From Ignavibacteria bacterium (GTDB lineage: Bacteria; Bacteroidota; Ignavibacteria; Ignavibacteriales; SURF-24), in NCBI GenBank assembly GCA_025612375.1, contig JAAXKN010000003.1, positions 183,245 to 247,244 of the forward strand: a stretch of DNA of 64,000 nucleotides. The letters run 5' to 3'. The notes beneath the pieces are model-generated. The model did not search any database. It had not been told where the DNA came from and saw only the letters and a program-made list of their open reading frames with translations. Positions 1-10,294 of this stretch are shown in pieces (position 1 is the first letter of the stretch; the number at the start of each line of letters is the position of its first letter). The translations under genes and the position numbers were made by a program.

Positions 1-849
1 GTATTCATAATCAGCCAGAAGGGCTTTGATCATTCCAACCAGTTCGAAGTGCGGGATGCCGCCTCTTATGGCGAGTATTATGCCGCCTGAAAATCCACGG
101 TTAAAGACGGCGTCAATAATAAAGCTGCCGGACTTATCGCGGTTGGGGCTGCTTACGATGGCTTTTGTTAGAGTTTTATACCCCATAGGGTAACCGAAGA
201 TATAGACAAAAGATCCCCATTCGAGCTCCTTAGCCTCACCCATGGGGTAAGAAAACACGCTTATTCTTTCCTCAGGCTGGTGCGTGAATTCCATGCCGAG
301 GATTGCAACGTCAAGATTGGAGTCGATACTCAGGATTTCAAGCTCCCCGTCTTCGGGAAAGTCGGCAATATAATTTGTCTGCCTTTCCTTTACAGAAATG
401 CTCTGCACATATTTGCTTGCACCGCCTCCCGGGGCCCGGAAATATGAATAAAGCGTATCCTCAAAATTAACGACGTGGGCGCACGTCATAACCGCCACCC
501 TCTTAAAGTTATAGAATATGACCGTGGCAGTTCCGGATGCGGTATTATCCATATATTCCAGGCGGGTTGAATATTTTCTTAAGGCATCACTGTTTATAGC
601 CGTCTTTTCAAGATGGCTGTCCTCACTGAAATAAATTGTTCTGTAGTATGCCACTGAGTTTATGAGCTTTATGCTTTCGCTGATTTCTTCGAGCTCTTTT
701 GAGCAGTTAACATTTGGGAATTCTGAAGCGTAGCGCCCGCTGTTTTCAGCAGTTGAAACTCCCATTATATTAGTGCCCGAAGAGGAGCAGGATTCAAGCA
801 AAAAGCATAGAGCAAGTATTAAAGGCAAGGTTACGACTAAAGCTTTCAT
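1..849 (-). CDS. Trypsin-like (S1 family) serine peptidase, secreted or lipoprotein; the C-terminus runs off the window edge
   Basis: Absent from the ORF track because no stop lies inside the window. My reverse-complement translation from ATG(849) stays open to base 1 (283 codons): MKALVVTLPLILALCFLLESCSSS... It then shows triad-like motifs in H-D-S order: MTCAHVV, NLDVAILG, NRGFSGGIIL. Confidence 0.6.
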   Translation of the reverse strand, partial: MKALVVTLPLILALCFLLESCSSSGTNIMGVSTAENSGRYASEFPNVNCSKELEEISESIKLINSVAYYRTIYFSEDSHLEKTAINSDALRKYSTRLEYMDNTASGTATVIFYNFKRVAVMTCAHVVNFEDTLYSYFRAPGGGASKYVQSISVKERQTNYIADFPEDGELEILSIDSNLDVAILGMEFTHQPEERISVFSYPMGEAKELEWGSFVYIFGYPMGYKTLTKAIVSSPNRDKSGSFIIDAVFNRGFSGGIILAIRGGIPHFELVGMIKALLADYEY

Positions 850-1000
850 TTCAACCCCCGAAGCTAATCTAGATGGAAATTAGGTAAACTTTTACTAATA
901 AGCTATCTATTTCAGGAGAACCTGCTTGATGGAGAAGAAAAATTTTAAGAAAAAGAAAATACTCTGAAATGAGTGTGAAATGAAAAGTTACGGGTGCGGG

Positions 1001-1037
1001 AAAAACTGAAGACGGGAAAGGCATTTTCCCGTCTTCA
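1001..1037 (-). terminator. Intrinsic terminator downstream of the agmatinase gene
   Basis: Perfect 13-bp stem tgaagacgggaaa (1007-1019) / tttcccgtcttca (1025-1037) with a 5-nt loop. On the minus strand it is followed by GTTTTT. It lies 9 nt after the stop at 1046. Confidence 0.6.
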
Positions 1038-1045
1038 CATAGTTA

Positions 1046-1936
1046 CTATTTATTCTGGAAAGAGTAGTTCAGCATCTTATAGACGAGCTTTGCCGCATTA
1101 AAATCCGATGAGGCTACTCCTTTTACAGGAGCCAGTTCAACCACGTCAAATCCCACGATATTTTTTTCTTTTCCAATCATGCGTAAAAGATTCATTGTTT
1201 CATCCCAGAAGAGGCCCCCGGGCTCGGGAGTGCCTGTTGAGGGCATAAACGAGGGATCAAAGGCATCCACGTCAAATGTTATATAAACGTTTTTCCCAAT
1301 CTCTCCGGCTACGCTTTTTATCCAGTCCTGCCCGTATTTTCCGAGCCTTATCTCCCTGGCATAAAATGTTTTTATGTTGTTTTCCTTTATATACCAGGAT
1401 TCCTCAATTGACTGGGCACGAATTCCCACCTGCACAATGTTCTTTGTCAGTTCTGCCACTCTTGCCATAACGGATGCATGAGAGTGGATTGAACCCTCAT
1501 AGCTTTGCCTTAAGTCGGAATGGGCGTCGAACTGAAGCACTGTCAGATCAGGATATTTCTCGAGGTGAGCCTTTACGGGTGCAATAGAAATTGAATGCTC
1601 GCCTCCCAGGGTCACAACAAATTTATCGTCTTCAAGAAGTGACTTAACGTTTTTATATATGAGGTCAAAGGATTTCTTGATGCTCATGTCTTTGAAGTCC
1701 AAAGGAGACAAGGTACAGATCCCCTTTTCAAACACTAGCTCGCGGTCCATCTCCTCGTCATAAAACTCCACATAATGTGAGGCTTCAAGGATTCCCCTGG
1801 GTCCGTTTTTGGTTCCGTGGCCGTAGCTGACGGTTTTTTCAAAAGGAGCCGACAGGATTGCAATTGAAGAATTTTTGTATGATGAATATTTCTTTTCCAC
1901 TGCAAGAAAATTTTTTTCTACGCCTAACTCTTTCAT
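1046..1936 (-). CDS. speB: Agmatinase (ureohydrolase/arginase family)
   Basis: 296 aa with ureohydrolase Mn-binding motifs GGEHSIS, DAHSDLR and ITFDVDAFDPS. Length is typical of agmatinase. Confidence 0.75.
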   Translation of the reverse strand: MKELGVEKNFLAVEKKYSSYKNSSIAILSAPFEKTVSYGHGTKNGPRGILEASHYVEFYDEEMDRELVFEKGICTLSPLDFKDMSIKKSFDLIYKNVKSLLEDDKFVVTLGGEHSISIAPVKAHLEKYPDLTVLQFDAHSDLRQSYEGSIHSHASVMARVAELTKNIVQVGIRAQSIEESWYIKENNIKTFYAREIRLGKYGQDWIKSVAGEIGKNVYITFDVDAFDPSFMPSTGTPEPGGLFWDETMNLLRMIGKEKNIVGFDVVELAPVKGVASSDFNAAKLVYKMLNYSFQNK

Positions 1937-1971
1937 CTCTCTCCAATAGTTGTTAATAAAGATATTCAGGT

Positions 1972-2009
1972 AAAAAAAAGAGACTTAAGTTCTAAGTCTC
2001 TTCAAAAAA
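1972..2009 (-). terminator. Bidirectional hairpin terminator after ribBA
   Basis: Stem agagactta (1979-1987) / taagtctct (1993-2001) with loop agttc, flanked by an A8 run on one side and an A6 run on the other (T runs on the opposite strand). It starts about 10 nt after the ribBA stop. Confidence 0.55.
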
Positions 2010-2018
2010 CAGGTTTCT

Positions 2019-3233
2019 TTAACAAAACTGCTTATCATTAAGCAGAATCAGGTGTCCAAGCTTATCGCGCTTGGTTTGTAAATACTTCTTGTTCTTTTCA
2101 TTTGGGACGATTTCCAGAGGAACCCTCTCAACGATCTCCAGGCCGTAGCCCTTAAGGCCTATGATTTTCTTTGGATTGTTAGTCAGGAGTTTCATTTTCC
2201 TGACACCCAGGTCCAGAAGTATCTGTGCCCCTATTCCATAATCCCTCAGGTCAGCCTTAAAGCCGAGTTCTTCGTTGGCTTCGACTGTATCGCGGCCGTT
2301 ATCCTGGAGGACATAAGCCCTGATCTTGTTTGCCAGGCCGATGCCCCGCCCTTCCTGCCTCATATAGACAAGTACGCCGGTGCCTTCGGCTTCAATTTTT
2401 TCAATTGCAGCGTGGAGCTGGTCGTGGCAGTCGCATCTGAGTGACTGGAATACATCTCCTGTAAGGCATTCAGAATGGACGCGCACGAGGACCGGTTTTT
2501 CGGGGTCAATTTTCCCCTTAACCAAGGCCACGTGTTCCTTATTGTCCAGAAGGCTTCTGTAGACGTGCAGGTGGAAGTTTCCCTTTTTCACAGGGAACTT
2601 TACATCAGCTTCCTTCTGAACAAGTTTGTCTTTCTGTATGCGGTACTTAATCAGGTCGCTTACGGTCATGATCTTAAGGTTAAACTCCCGGGCATACTTT
2701 TCAAGGTCCGGAACGCGGGCCATAGTGCCGTCGTCGTTTAAGATCTCGCAGAGCACGCCGATGGGCTTAATGCCTGAGAGCCTGCAGAGGTCAACCACCG
2801 CTTCGGTGTGGCCTGCGCGCCTTAGGACGCCTTCGTCAAAAGCCCTTAAGGGGAATATGTGTCCCGGTCTTGCAAAGTCTGTAGCCCTGGCGTTTTCGTC
2901 GGTCAGTTTCCTGATCGTAGTAGCCCTGTCGCTGGCAGAGATTCCGGTAGTAGTACCCTCAACGGCGTCAACCGTAACGGTAAACTGTGTACCATGAAGC
3001 GCAGTATTTGAATCCACCATGAGCTGAAGACCGAGTTCGTCCAATCTTTTGCCCGTCATAGGGGCGCAGATCATCCCGCGTCCGTGCTTTGCCATAAAGT
3101 TCACGATCTCGGGAGTAACGAATTCTGCGGCGCAGACCAGGTCCCCTTCGTTCTCTCTTTCCTCATCATCCACAACGATTATAACTTTGCCATTTTTGAT
3201 TTCCTCAATGGCTTCTTCCACTGAACAGAACAT
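2019..3233 (-). CDS. ribBA: Bifunctional 3,4-dihydroxy-2-butanone-4-phosphate synthase / GTP cyclohydrolase II
   Basis: 404 aa. The N-terminal half has the DHBP synthase motif [11 protein letters not shown]. The C-terminal half has the GTP cyclohydrolase II Zn motif HSECLTGD...CDC and [11 protein letters not shown]. Confidence 0.9.
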   Translation of the reverse strand: MFCSVEEAIEEIKNGKVIIVVDDEERENEGDLVCAAEFVTPEIVNFMAKHGRGMICAPMTGKRLDELGLQLMVDSNTALHGTQFTVTVDAVEGTTTGISASDRATTIRKLTDENARATDFARPGHIFPLRAFDEGVLRRAGHTEAVVDLCRLSGIKPIGVLCEILNDDGTMARVPDLEKYAREFNLKIMTVSDLIKYRIQKDKLVQKEADVKFPVKKGNFHLHVYRSLLDNKEHVALVKGKIDPEKPVLVRVHSECLTGDVFQSLRCDCHDQLHAAIEKIEAEGTGVLVYMRQEGRGIGLANKIRAYVLQDNGRDTVEANEELGFKADLRDYGIGAQILLDLGVRKMKLLTNNPKKIIGLKGYGLEIVERVPLEIVPNEKNKKYLQTKRDKLGHLILLNDKQFC

Positions 3234-3282
3234 TTTATTTCCTTTTCTAACTAACCGTTTTTCAGACAGACTGAGCGTTCAA

Positions 3283-3588
3283 TTATTTTAATATAGTTGC
3301 AATTGCTGAACGTTCAATTTTAATTTTTACGTTTTCGCCGATTTTCACCAGGCAGGTTTTCTCCTCCAGGCCTTCAATGGTTCCGTGAATTCCGCCCGAG
3401 GTTATAATCTTATCGCCTTTCTGAAGATTAGCCAGGAGCTGATCTCTTTCCTTAGCCCTTTTCTGCTGCGGCCTGATGATCATGAAATAGAAGATTGCAA
3501 AAATAGCACCAAACATGATCAGAGTTGAGATCATGCTTCCGCCGCCGCCCTGGGCACCCTGAGGAGCCATTGCTAATAATAAATTCAC
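3283..3588 (-). CDS. yajC: Preprotein translocase subunit YajC
   Basis: 101 aa with a single TM helix, then IIRPQQKRAKE...GDKIITSGGIHG, typical of YajC. It sits directly downstream of tgt, as in the E. coli tgt-yajC synteny. Confidence 0.85.
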   Translation of the reverse strand: MNLLLAMAPQGAQGGGGSMISTLIMFGAIFAIFYFMIIRPQQKRAKERDQLLANLQKGDKIITSGGIHGTIEGLEEKTCLVKIGENVKIKIERSAIATILK

Positions 3589-4797
<1,209 letters not shown>

Positions 4798-4875
4798 TTA
4801 CATGAAATTTTAGTGAATCGCTATAGAAAAGGCAAACCACAACAGATATGAAAAAACGGGGACGAGGTTAATGAA

Positions 4876-4897
4876 GCGGGACCTCTGAGGGTCCCGC
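4876..4897 (-). terminator. Possible terminator hairpin after the oxidoreductase operon
   Basis: 8-bp GC-rich stem gcgggacc / ggtcccgc with a 6-nt loop, 13 nt after the stop at 4910. The downstream T tract on the minus strand is poor (CTTCATT). Confidence 0.35.
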
Positions 4898-4909
4898 ATA
4901 TAAATAAGC

Positions 4910-5890
4910 CTAAGCTGTCAGTTCCAGCAGAATCCTTTTTGTGAGATTTCTTGCAAGAGGGATTTTATATTCATTTTTGGACAAAGCTTCAGCTTTCTTC
5001 AGGACTTCTGAGGCAAAAAGGGCAACAGAATCCTCATTTGCTTCTAGTCCCATAAGCTTAGCGTTCAAAGCCTCATCCAGCCAGGGAATGGGCGCAAGGC
5101 CTCCAAAGGATAATTTTCCGGAAGTAATCCTGCCCGCTGAAGTTTTAACAACGGCGCCCACGCTTACAACGGCAAAATCCCACACGCCGCGCTCCTTAAA
5201 TTTCAGGTAAGAGGTCTTTGAGCCTTCAGGAAGCTCAGGGACAGTTATTTCAGTCACTATTTCGCCATCTTTCAGTATATTTTCACGCCTGTAGTCATCT
5301 TCAGGCAGGAGGAAAAAGTCCTTAACCGGAACTGTTCTCGTTTTTTTGTCAGCGTAGATGGTCAGTTTTGCATCCAGAGCAATGAGAGCCACAGCCATAT
5401 CCGAAGGGTGAACAATAAAGCAGGGGCCGCCGCCGGTTACGCAGTGGTACTTATTCTGCCCTTCAAATGCGTAGCACATATCCCCGCCTTTTCTCAGGCA
5501 TTGAAAATCCTCCCTGAAATACCAGCACCGGGGGCGCTGGCAGAGGTTGCCGCCGAGTGTTGCCAGGTTTCTGAGCTGCGGGGAGGCGACTTCAAGAGCA
5601 GCCTGGCGCAGAACCGTGTACTTTTCTTTTATTAACGGATTTTCCGCGATCCCGGCAAGACTTGTCAGAGCGCCTATCTGGAGCCCTTTGCCGCTGGTAT
5701 ACCTGATATAGCTTAAATCCGGGATGGATTTCAGGTTTACCACTTCATCAGGGCTAATTATATTATTTTTAAGGAGCCCGAGCACGTCGGTGCCTCCGGC
5801 AAAAAAGACAGCATCCTTAGTCTTCTTTTTAAGAAGTGTGGAAGCTTCCTTAAGGCTTTTGGGCTGTGTATAATTAAAACTTTTCATCAT
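4910..5890 (-). CDS. Xanthine dehydrogenase family FAD-binding subunit (PaoB/CoxM-like)
   Basis: 326 aa with the FAD-binding PCMH-type motif FFAGGTDVLGLLK and ATLGGNL. It is adjacent to the Moco and 2Fe-2S subunits. Confidence 0.8.
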   Translation of the reverse strand: MMKSFNYTQPKSLKEASTLLKKKTKDAVFFAGGTDVLGLLKNNIISPDEVVNLKSIPDLSYIRYTSGKGLQIGALTSLAGIAENPLIKEKYTVLRQAALEVASPQLRNLATLGGNLCQRPRCWYFREDFQCLRKGGDMCYAFEGQNKYHCVTGGGPCFIVHPSDMAVALIALDAKLTIYADKKTRTVPVKDFFLLPEDDYRRENILKDGEIVTEITVPELPEGSKTSYLKFKERGVWDFAVVSVGAVVKTSAGRITSGKLSFGGLAPIPWLDEALNAKLMGLEANEDSVALFASEVLKKAEALSKNEYKIPLARNLTKRILLELTA

Positions 5891-5899
5891 TAACTCCGG

Positions 5900-8200
5900 T
5901 TAAATTTTTTCACTTAGAGCCATGAGCACCTTGTCGGGCGTAATAGGCAGGCTTTTTATTCTGATGCCTAATGCGTTATAGACTGCGTTTGCAATTGCGC
6001 CTGCTGTGGGAATTATTGCCGGCTCGCCAATTCCCTTTACGCCCGTATTACTGATCAAGGGATCGCTCTCGCTTACAACAATGAGCTCAATTTCCGGCGT
6101 GTCCTGAACTGTGGGAAGTTTATAGTCGTGTATGTTTGTTGTCAGGACCTTTCCCGTATACTCGTCCACAACTCTCTCTTCCAGGAGTGCATAGGCCGCC
6201 CCCTGAATGATCCCGCCGTGGAACTGATTTAAGAGCGTCTTATGGTTTAAGACGCGGCCAATGTCGTGCGCCGCTACAATTTTAATTACACGCACCTTTC
6301 CGGTCCAGGTATCCACTTCAACCTCGGCAAACTGGGCTCCGAAGGAGTTTATTTCGTAGCCCTCAGGATTTGCCTCCCTTGCGCCCGTAGTTACGAGGAC
6401 TCTTTCGTGCATCTCACCAATGACTTCGCTGACAGTAATAGTCTTTGCGGGATCGTCAAGCTTTGACATCTTCCCTTCGGAATATTTAATGTTACTTTCA
6501 GCAGTTTCAAGGATTGCCGAGGCAGCAGAGATGAGTTTCATCTTCATCTGTTCGGCTGCATCGCGCACCGCAGGTGAAACGCTTGGAGCCGTAAGGCTTC
6601 CGCCGCTTAAGCCGCAGTAGGGGCAGGTTTCCGTATCCCCTAAAGTAACCTGAATTTTTTCTAGCGGTATTTCGAGCACTTCAGAAGTTATCTGTGCAAG
6701 ATAAGTGTATGTACCCGTCCCCAGGTCCTGTGTTCCGGCTAAGACGTGCGCGCTGGCGTCCTGGTTGAGTTTAATTGTGCAGTATGCCGGAGGTCCGCCG
6801 CCTCCCCACCAGATCTGGGAAGCCATTCCGATGCCGCGTCTGAAGCGTCCTTTTTCCGAACCCGCGGGTTTTCTTTTTTCATTCCAGCCTATAGCCTTTG
6901 CGCCCTGAAGGTAGGCATCAAGAATGCGTTTACTGGTATACGGCCTTCCGGATTCGGGATCAACTTCCGTAAAATTCTTTTTTCTTAATTCCAGGGGATC
7001 CATACCAAGCTTTTCTGCCAGGTCATCCATTAAGGATTCAAAGGCAAATGTTCCCTGCACGTGCCCCGGGGCCCGGTAGGCTCTGGAGCGCCCTAAGTTT
7101 GTAAGAACACTGTACTCCTCAGTCTGAACGTTAGGGCACTTGTATAAAGTCCTGAGTGGTGTGCTGCAGTCGGCGCCGTTCGGGTAGGCCCCGACGTTCC
7201 CGTAGGAAGACTGGCTTAAAGCCACTAGAGTTCCGTCTTTCCTTGCCCCGGCTTTCAGCTTCTGCACGGAGTCGGGTCTGTTGCCCGCAGAGAGGTTCAT
7301 CTCTTTCCTGTCCAGGGCAATTCTTACAGGCCTTCCGATTTCTTTGGACAAAATGGCGGCAATGACGGAGTACTTTCCGGCCTCAAGTTTGCTTCCGAAT
7401 CCGCCGCCCATATACTTCTTTATCACGCGCACTTTGCTTTCAGGCATTGAAAGGCTTTTGGCAATAGTGTCTCTTACTGCAAAGACGGCCTGTGTGGAAT
7501 CCCACACCGTAAGCTTATCGTTTTCCCAGGCTGCCACGCTGCAGTGAGGCTCAGTCGGGTTATGCACAACAATCTGTGTAGAGTATGTGTCTTCAAAGGT
7601 GACGTCGGATTCACGGAAGCCCTTTTCAACGTCTCCCCTCGAGTAGACCGACGGTTTTTCGTCAATAATGTTCCCCCAGCCGTGGACCTTTGGGGCATCA
7701 GTTTTCATTGCCAATGCAGGGTCGGTAACAAATGGGAGCGTTTCATACTGAACATTAATAAGGCCTAAGGCTTCTTCAGCAATCTGCCCGGTTTCGGCCA
7801 CCACGCAGGCAACCTCGTCACCCTCGTATCTTACTTCCTCATCGAACAACGCCGTTGTACCCCAGTGCCACGGAATTTTAGGACAATTTTTAAGCGTAAG
7901 AATTTTTAATACTCCGGGGAGGTCATCAGCCTTTGAGGTGTCGATATTTTTTATTCTGGCGTGAGGCACCGAAGCGCGTAGCATCTTTGCATAAGTCATT
8001 CTTGGCAGAATAACGTCAAATGTAAAAACCGCTCTTCCGCTAACCTTCTCATATCCATCCAGGCGCGAAACGGGCTTGCCTACTATTTTTAATTCTGTCC
8101 CCGGGCCCCAGGCTTTCAGTTTATCAGCAGGCACCTCGGCCATGGTTTCAATTAAACCCTCGTCTCCAAAGTACCTGGACTTTACAATTTTATGAGCCAT
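5900..8200 (-). CDS. Xanthine dehydrogenase family molybdopterin-binding large subunit (aldehyde oxidoreductase, PaoC-like)
   Basis: 766 aa. It has an aldehyde oxidase a/b hammerhead N-terminus and Moco-binding segments (GGGFGSK, AYRAPG, GIGEPA). A GGAGGA SD box precedes the ATG. Confidence 0.85.
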   Translation of the reverse strand: MAHKIVKSRYFGDEGLIETMAEVPADKLKAWGPGTELKIVGKPVSRLDGYEKVSGRAVFTFDVILPRMTYAKMLRASVPHARIKNIDTSKADDLPGVLKILTLKNCPKIPWHWGTTALFDEEVRYEGDEVACVVAETGQIAEEALGLINVQYETLPFVTDPALAMKTDAPKVHGWGNIIDEKPSVYSRGDVEKGFRESDVTFEDTYSTQIVVHNPTEPHCSVAAWENDKLTVWDSTQAVFAVRDTIAKSLSMPESKVRVIKKYMGGGFGSKLEAGKYSVIAAILSKEIGRPVRIALDRKEMNLSAGNRPDSVQKLKAGARKDGTLVALSQSSYGNVGAYPNGADCSTPLRTLYKCPNVQTEEYSVLTNLGRSRAYRAPGHVQGTFAFESLMDDLAEKLGMDPLELRKKNFTEVDPESGRPYTSKRILDAYLQGAKAIGWNEKRKPAGSEKGRFRRGIGMASQIWWGGGGPPAYCTIKLNQDASAHVLAGTQDLGTGTYTYLAQITSEVLEIPLEKIQVTLGDTETCPYCGLSGGSLTAPSVSPAVRDAAEQMKMKLISAASAILETAESNIKYSEGKMSKLDDPAKTITVSEVIGEMHERVLVTTGAREANPEGYEINSFGAQFAEVEVDTWTGKVRVIKIVAAHDIGRVLNHKTLLNQFHGGIIQGAAYALLEERVVDEYTGKVLTTNIHDYKLPTVQDTPEIELIVVSESDPLISNTGVKGIGEPAIIPTAGAIANAVYNALGIRIKSLPITPDKVLMALSEKI

Positions 8201-8313
8201 TGCTCCTCCATTTAAGAGAGATCAAATTTGCTTTGATAAATTTCTAGAAAAATCTTATTCCCTGAAAAATCTCACCTGACAGTCTGCCGGGAAATTTTCA
8301 GCGGTCATGAGGT

Positions 8314-8946
8314 TTATTTCATTGTGGTTGTGCTGCCTGAGGTCTTTTCAGCTGCAGCAAGCACGGACTCTATGATGCTGGGGTAAGCCGCGCAGCGGCA
8401 AATGTTTCCCGACATGCCTTCCAGCACCTCCTGCCTCGAGGGTTTTGGGTTATTCAGGAGCAAAGCCTGTGCCGCCATGATCTGTCCCGGCGTGCAGAAT
8501 CCGCACTGGAGGCCGTCATGCTCAATAAAGGCTTCCTGGATCGGATGGAGCTTTTCTCCCGTCATGAGGCCTTCTATTGTAGTGATCTCTTTTCCCGCAC
8601 AATCAAGGGCCAGGATGTGGCACGAATAAACGGCTTTGTTATCCATCAGGACAGTGCATCCGCCGCACTCCCCGTTGTTGCAGGTGACCTTGGTGCCTGT
8701 AAGCCCAAGCTGATTGCGCAGAACTTCAACAAGCGTAGTCTGAGGTTCTATCTGAAGATGCACCCCTTTTCCGTTTACGGTCATTGAAACGGGCACTGTA
8801 AGCTTAAGCTTTTCAGCGTTCTTCGTGAGCTTTTCCGAGGCCGATGCAATTGTGGGCGTCAGGACATACGTCCCAATTATGCCGGAGCCAACGCCCTGCA
8901 GGAATTTCCTTCTTGAAATCCCCCCGTTTTTTGAATCTTTACTCAT
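8314..8946 (-). CDS. (2Fe-2S)-binding small subunit with twin-arginine (Tat) signal (PaoA-like)
   Basis: 210 aa with the Tat motif SRRKFLQGVG at the N-terminus and two 2Fe-2S cysteine clusters (CNNGECGGC..C and CGFCTPG...CRC). Confidence 0.85.
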   Translation of the reverse strand: MSKDSKNGGISRRKFLQGVGSGIIGTYVLTPTIASASEKLTKNAEKLKLTVPVSMTVNGKGVHLQIEPQTTLVEVLRNQLGLTGTKVTCNNGECGGCTVLMDNKAVYSCHILALDCAGKEITTIEGLMTGEKLHPIQEAFIEHDGLQCGFCTPGQIMAAQALLLNNPKPSRQEVLEGMSGNICRCAAYPSIIESVLAAAEKTSGSTTTMK

Positions 8947-9087
8947 AGCTATTCCTGAGATCTTAAAAAGAGATTAATATCATTTAATGGCCTTAAATTA
9001 CAGAAGCTCCTGACATCTTTCAAGAAATTATTTCTTAAAAAATCATGCGGGGAATTTATAAAAGCCCGGGGTGTAAAAAATATAATT

Positions 9088-10188
9088 TTACCCCTCGCTG
9101 ATCGCCTCAACGCTTCCTTTTTTCGGAATTTTAATTATGTACTGCCTTCCGCCTTTTACCGTAAGGCTGTTTTCCCTAAGCCACGGGTTAAAGATCTTAA
9201 GGAGCTTGTAGTTTATTCCGTGCTGCATTGAAAAATCAGCAAGATTTGGGATGTCGGAAGTAACCTTTACTTCATCGAAGTCGAGGGCGGGATAAAGGTC
9301 CTCTTTTTTTACGAGGTAGCCGTAGTCTGCGGGACGCGAAAATATAGACTTTACCGCCAGTATCCTTGCTATATAGCGCGAGGTCTCCTCACCTAAGAGG
9401 AGGTTGTAATAGTTTTTTTGTTTCTGCCTTTCCTGCTGTTTCGAGATTCCGGTAAGTCCCATATTGTAGGATGCCGCCGTTAGGGTCCAGGTATGGAACT
9501 GGTTATAGCTGTATTTCAGGAAATCGCAGGCTGCCTGCGTCGACTTTTCCACATTGTAGCGTTCGTCAACTTCCGTATCAACCTGCAGGCCGTAGCGTTC
9601 GGCGGCAGCCTGTGTAAACTGCCAGAAGCCCACGGCGCCGGCCGGAGAGATGAGGTGTTCAAAATTGCTTTCTATTACAACCAGGTACTTGAAATCCTCC
9701 GGTACTCCGTTTTTCTTTAATATCGGTTCAATAACGGGGAACCATCTGTTTGCGCGCTTAATGCCCAAAAGAGTGGCCGAGTGATAATAAGTATTCACGA
9801 TCAGTTCGCGCTCAAACCTCTCCCTTACAAACATATTGTTAAGCGGGACCGCCTCACCGCAGAAGTCAATTTTGTCCGGCACGACGGGTGAAATGATCTG
9901 ATACTTTTGCGGATATTCCTGAGGTGATGTAATAAAGCCGTAGGACTTTTTAACTTCAGAAAAATTGCTGAACAGGTAAATTGCGCCAAGTGCCATTAAG
10001 GCACCCGCCAAAAAGCTAATTAACCTGCCCCCTCTTATTAACTTACCTTCTGAAAATTTTGCCCCCGCACTATTAGAACCATTAAATTTCATCATCTTCT
10101 CATATCCTTGACTTATGACACTTTCTTTTATTACCCGTCTTTCAGGTAATATATTTATAATAAAGAATAATGCAAATGCCCTGTTCAT
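9088..10188 (-). CDS. Membrane-anchored lytic transglycosylase (SLT/GH23 domain, MltD-like)
   Basis: SLT catalytic region VIESNFEHLISPAGAVGFWQF...AASYNMG, with an N-terminal TM anchor LISFLAGALMALGAIYLF. The true start is more likely the ATG pair at 10095/10092 (MMKFNG) than 10188. Confidence 0.75.
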   Translation of the reverse strand: MNRAFALFFIINILPERRVIKESVISQGYEKMMKFNGSNSAGAKFSEGKLIRGGRLISFLAGALMALGAIYLFSNFSEVKKSYGFITSPQEYPQKYQIISPVVPDKIDFCGEAVPLNNMFVRERFERELIVNTYYHSATLLGIKRANRWFPVIEPILKKNGVPEDFKYLVVIESNFEHLISPAGAVGFWQFTQAAAERYGLQVDTEVDERYNVEKSTQAACDFLKYSYNQFHTWTLTAASYNMGLTGISKQQERQKQKNYYNLLLGEETSRYIARILAVKSIFSRPADYGYLVKKEDLYPALDFDEVKVTSDIPNLADFSMQHGINYKLLKIFNPWLRENSLTVKGGRQYIIKIPKKGSVEAISEG

Positions 10189-10233
10189 ACGGGCTTCCGG
10201 GGCACTCAGCTATTTTTATTCATAAAATTTTCC

Positions 10234-10265
10234 TTGTCACAACATTGAATCTCTTATTAACTTTG
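10234..10265 (+). promoter_or_regulatory. Candidate Bacteroidetes-type promoter (TTG -N21- TAACTTTG)
   Basis: TAACTTTG (10258-10265) matches the TAnnTTTG -7 consensus known for Bacteroidetes sigma-A. A TTG lies at 10234-10236, 21 nt upstream. The site is 30 nt before the ATG at 10295. Confidence 0.3.
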
Positions 10266-10294
10266 GATAGATTAAAACCTAAAATAGGAGTACT

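Noticed and set aside
3234-3282. FMN riboswitch upstream of ribBA.
   Set aside because: The gap is only 49 nt, too short for an FMN aptamer of about 130 nt. ribBA appears to be co-transcribed with tgt-yajC.
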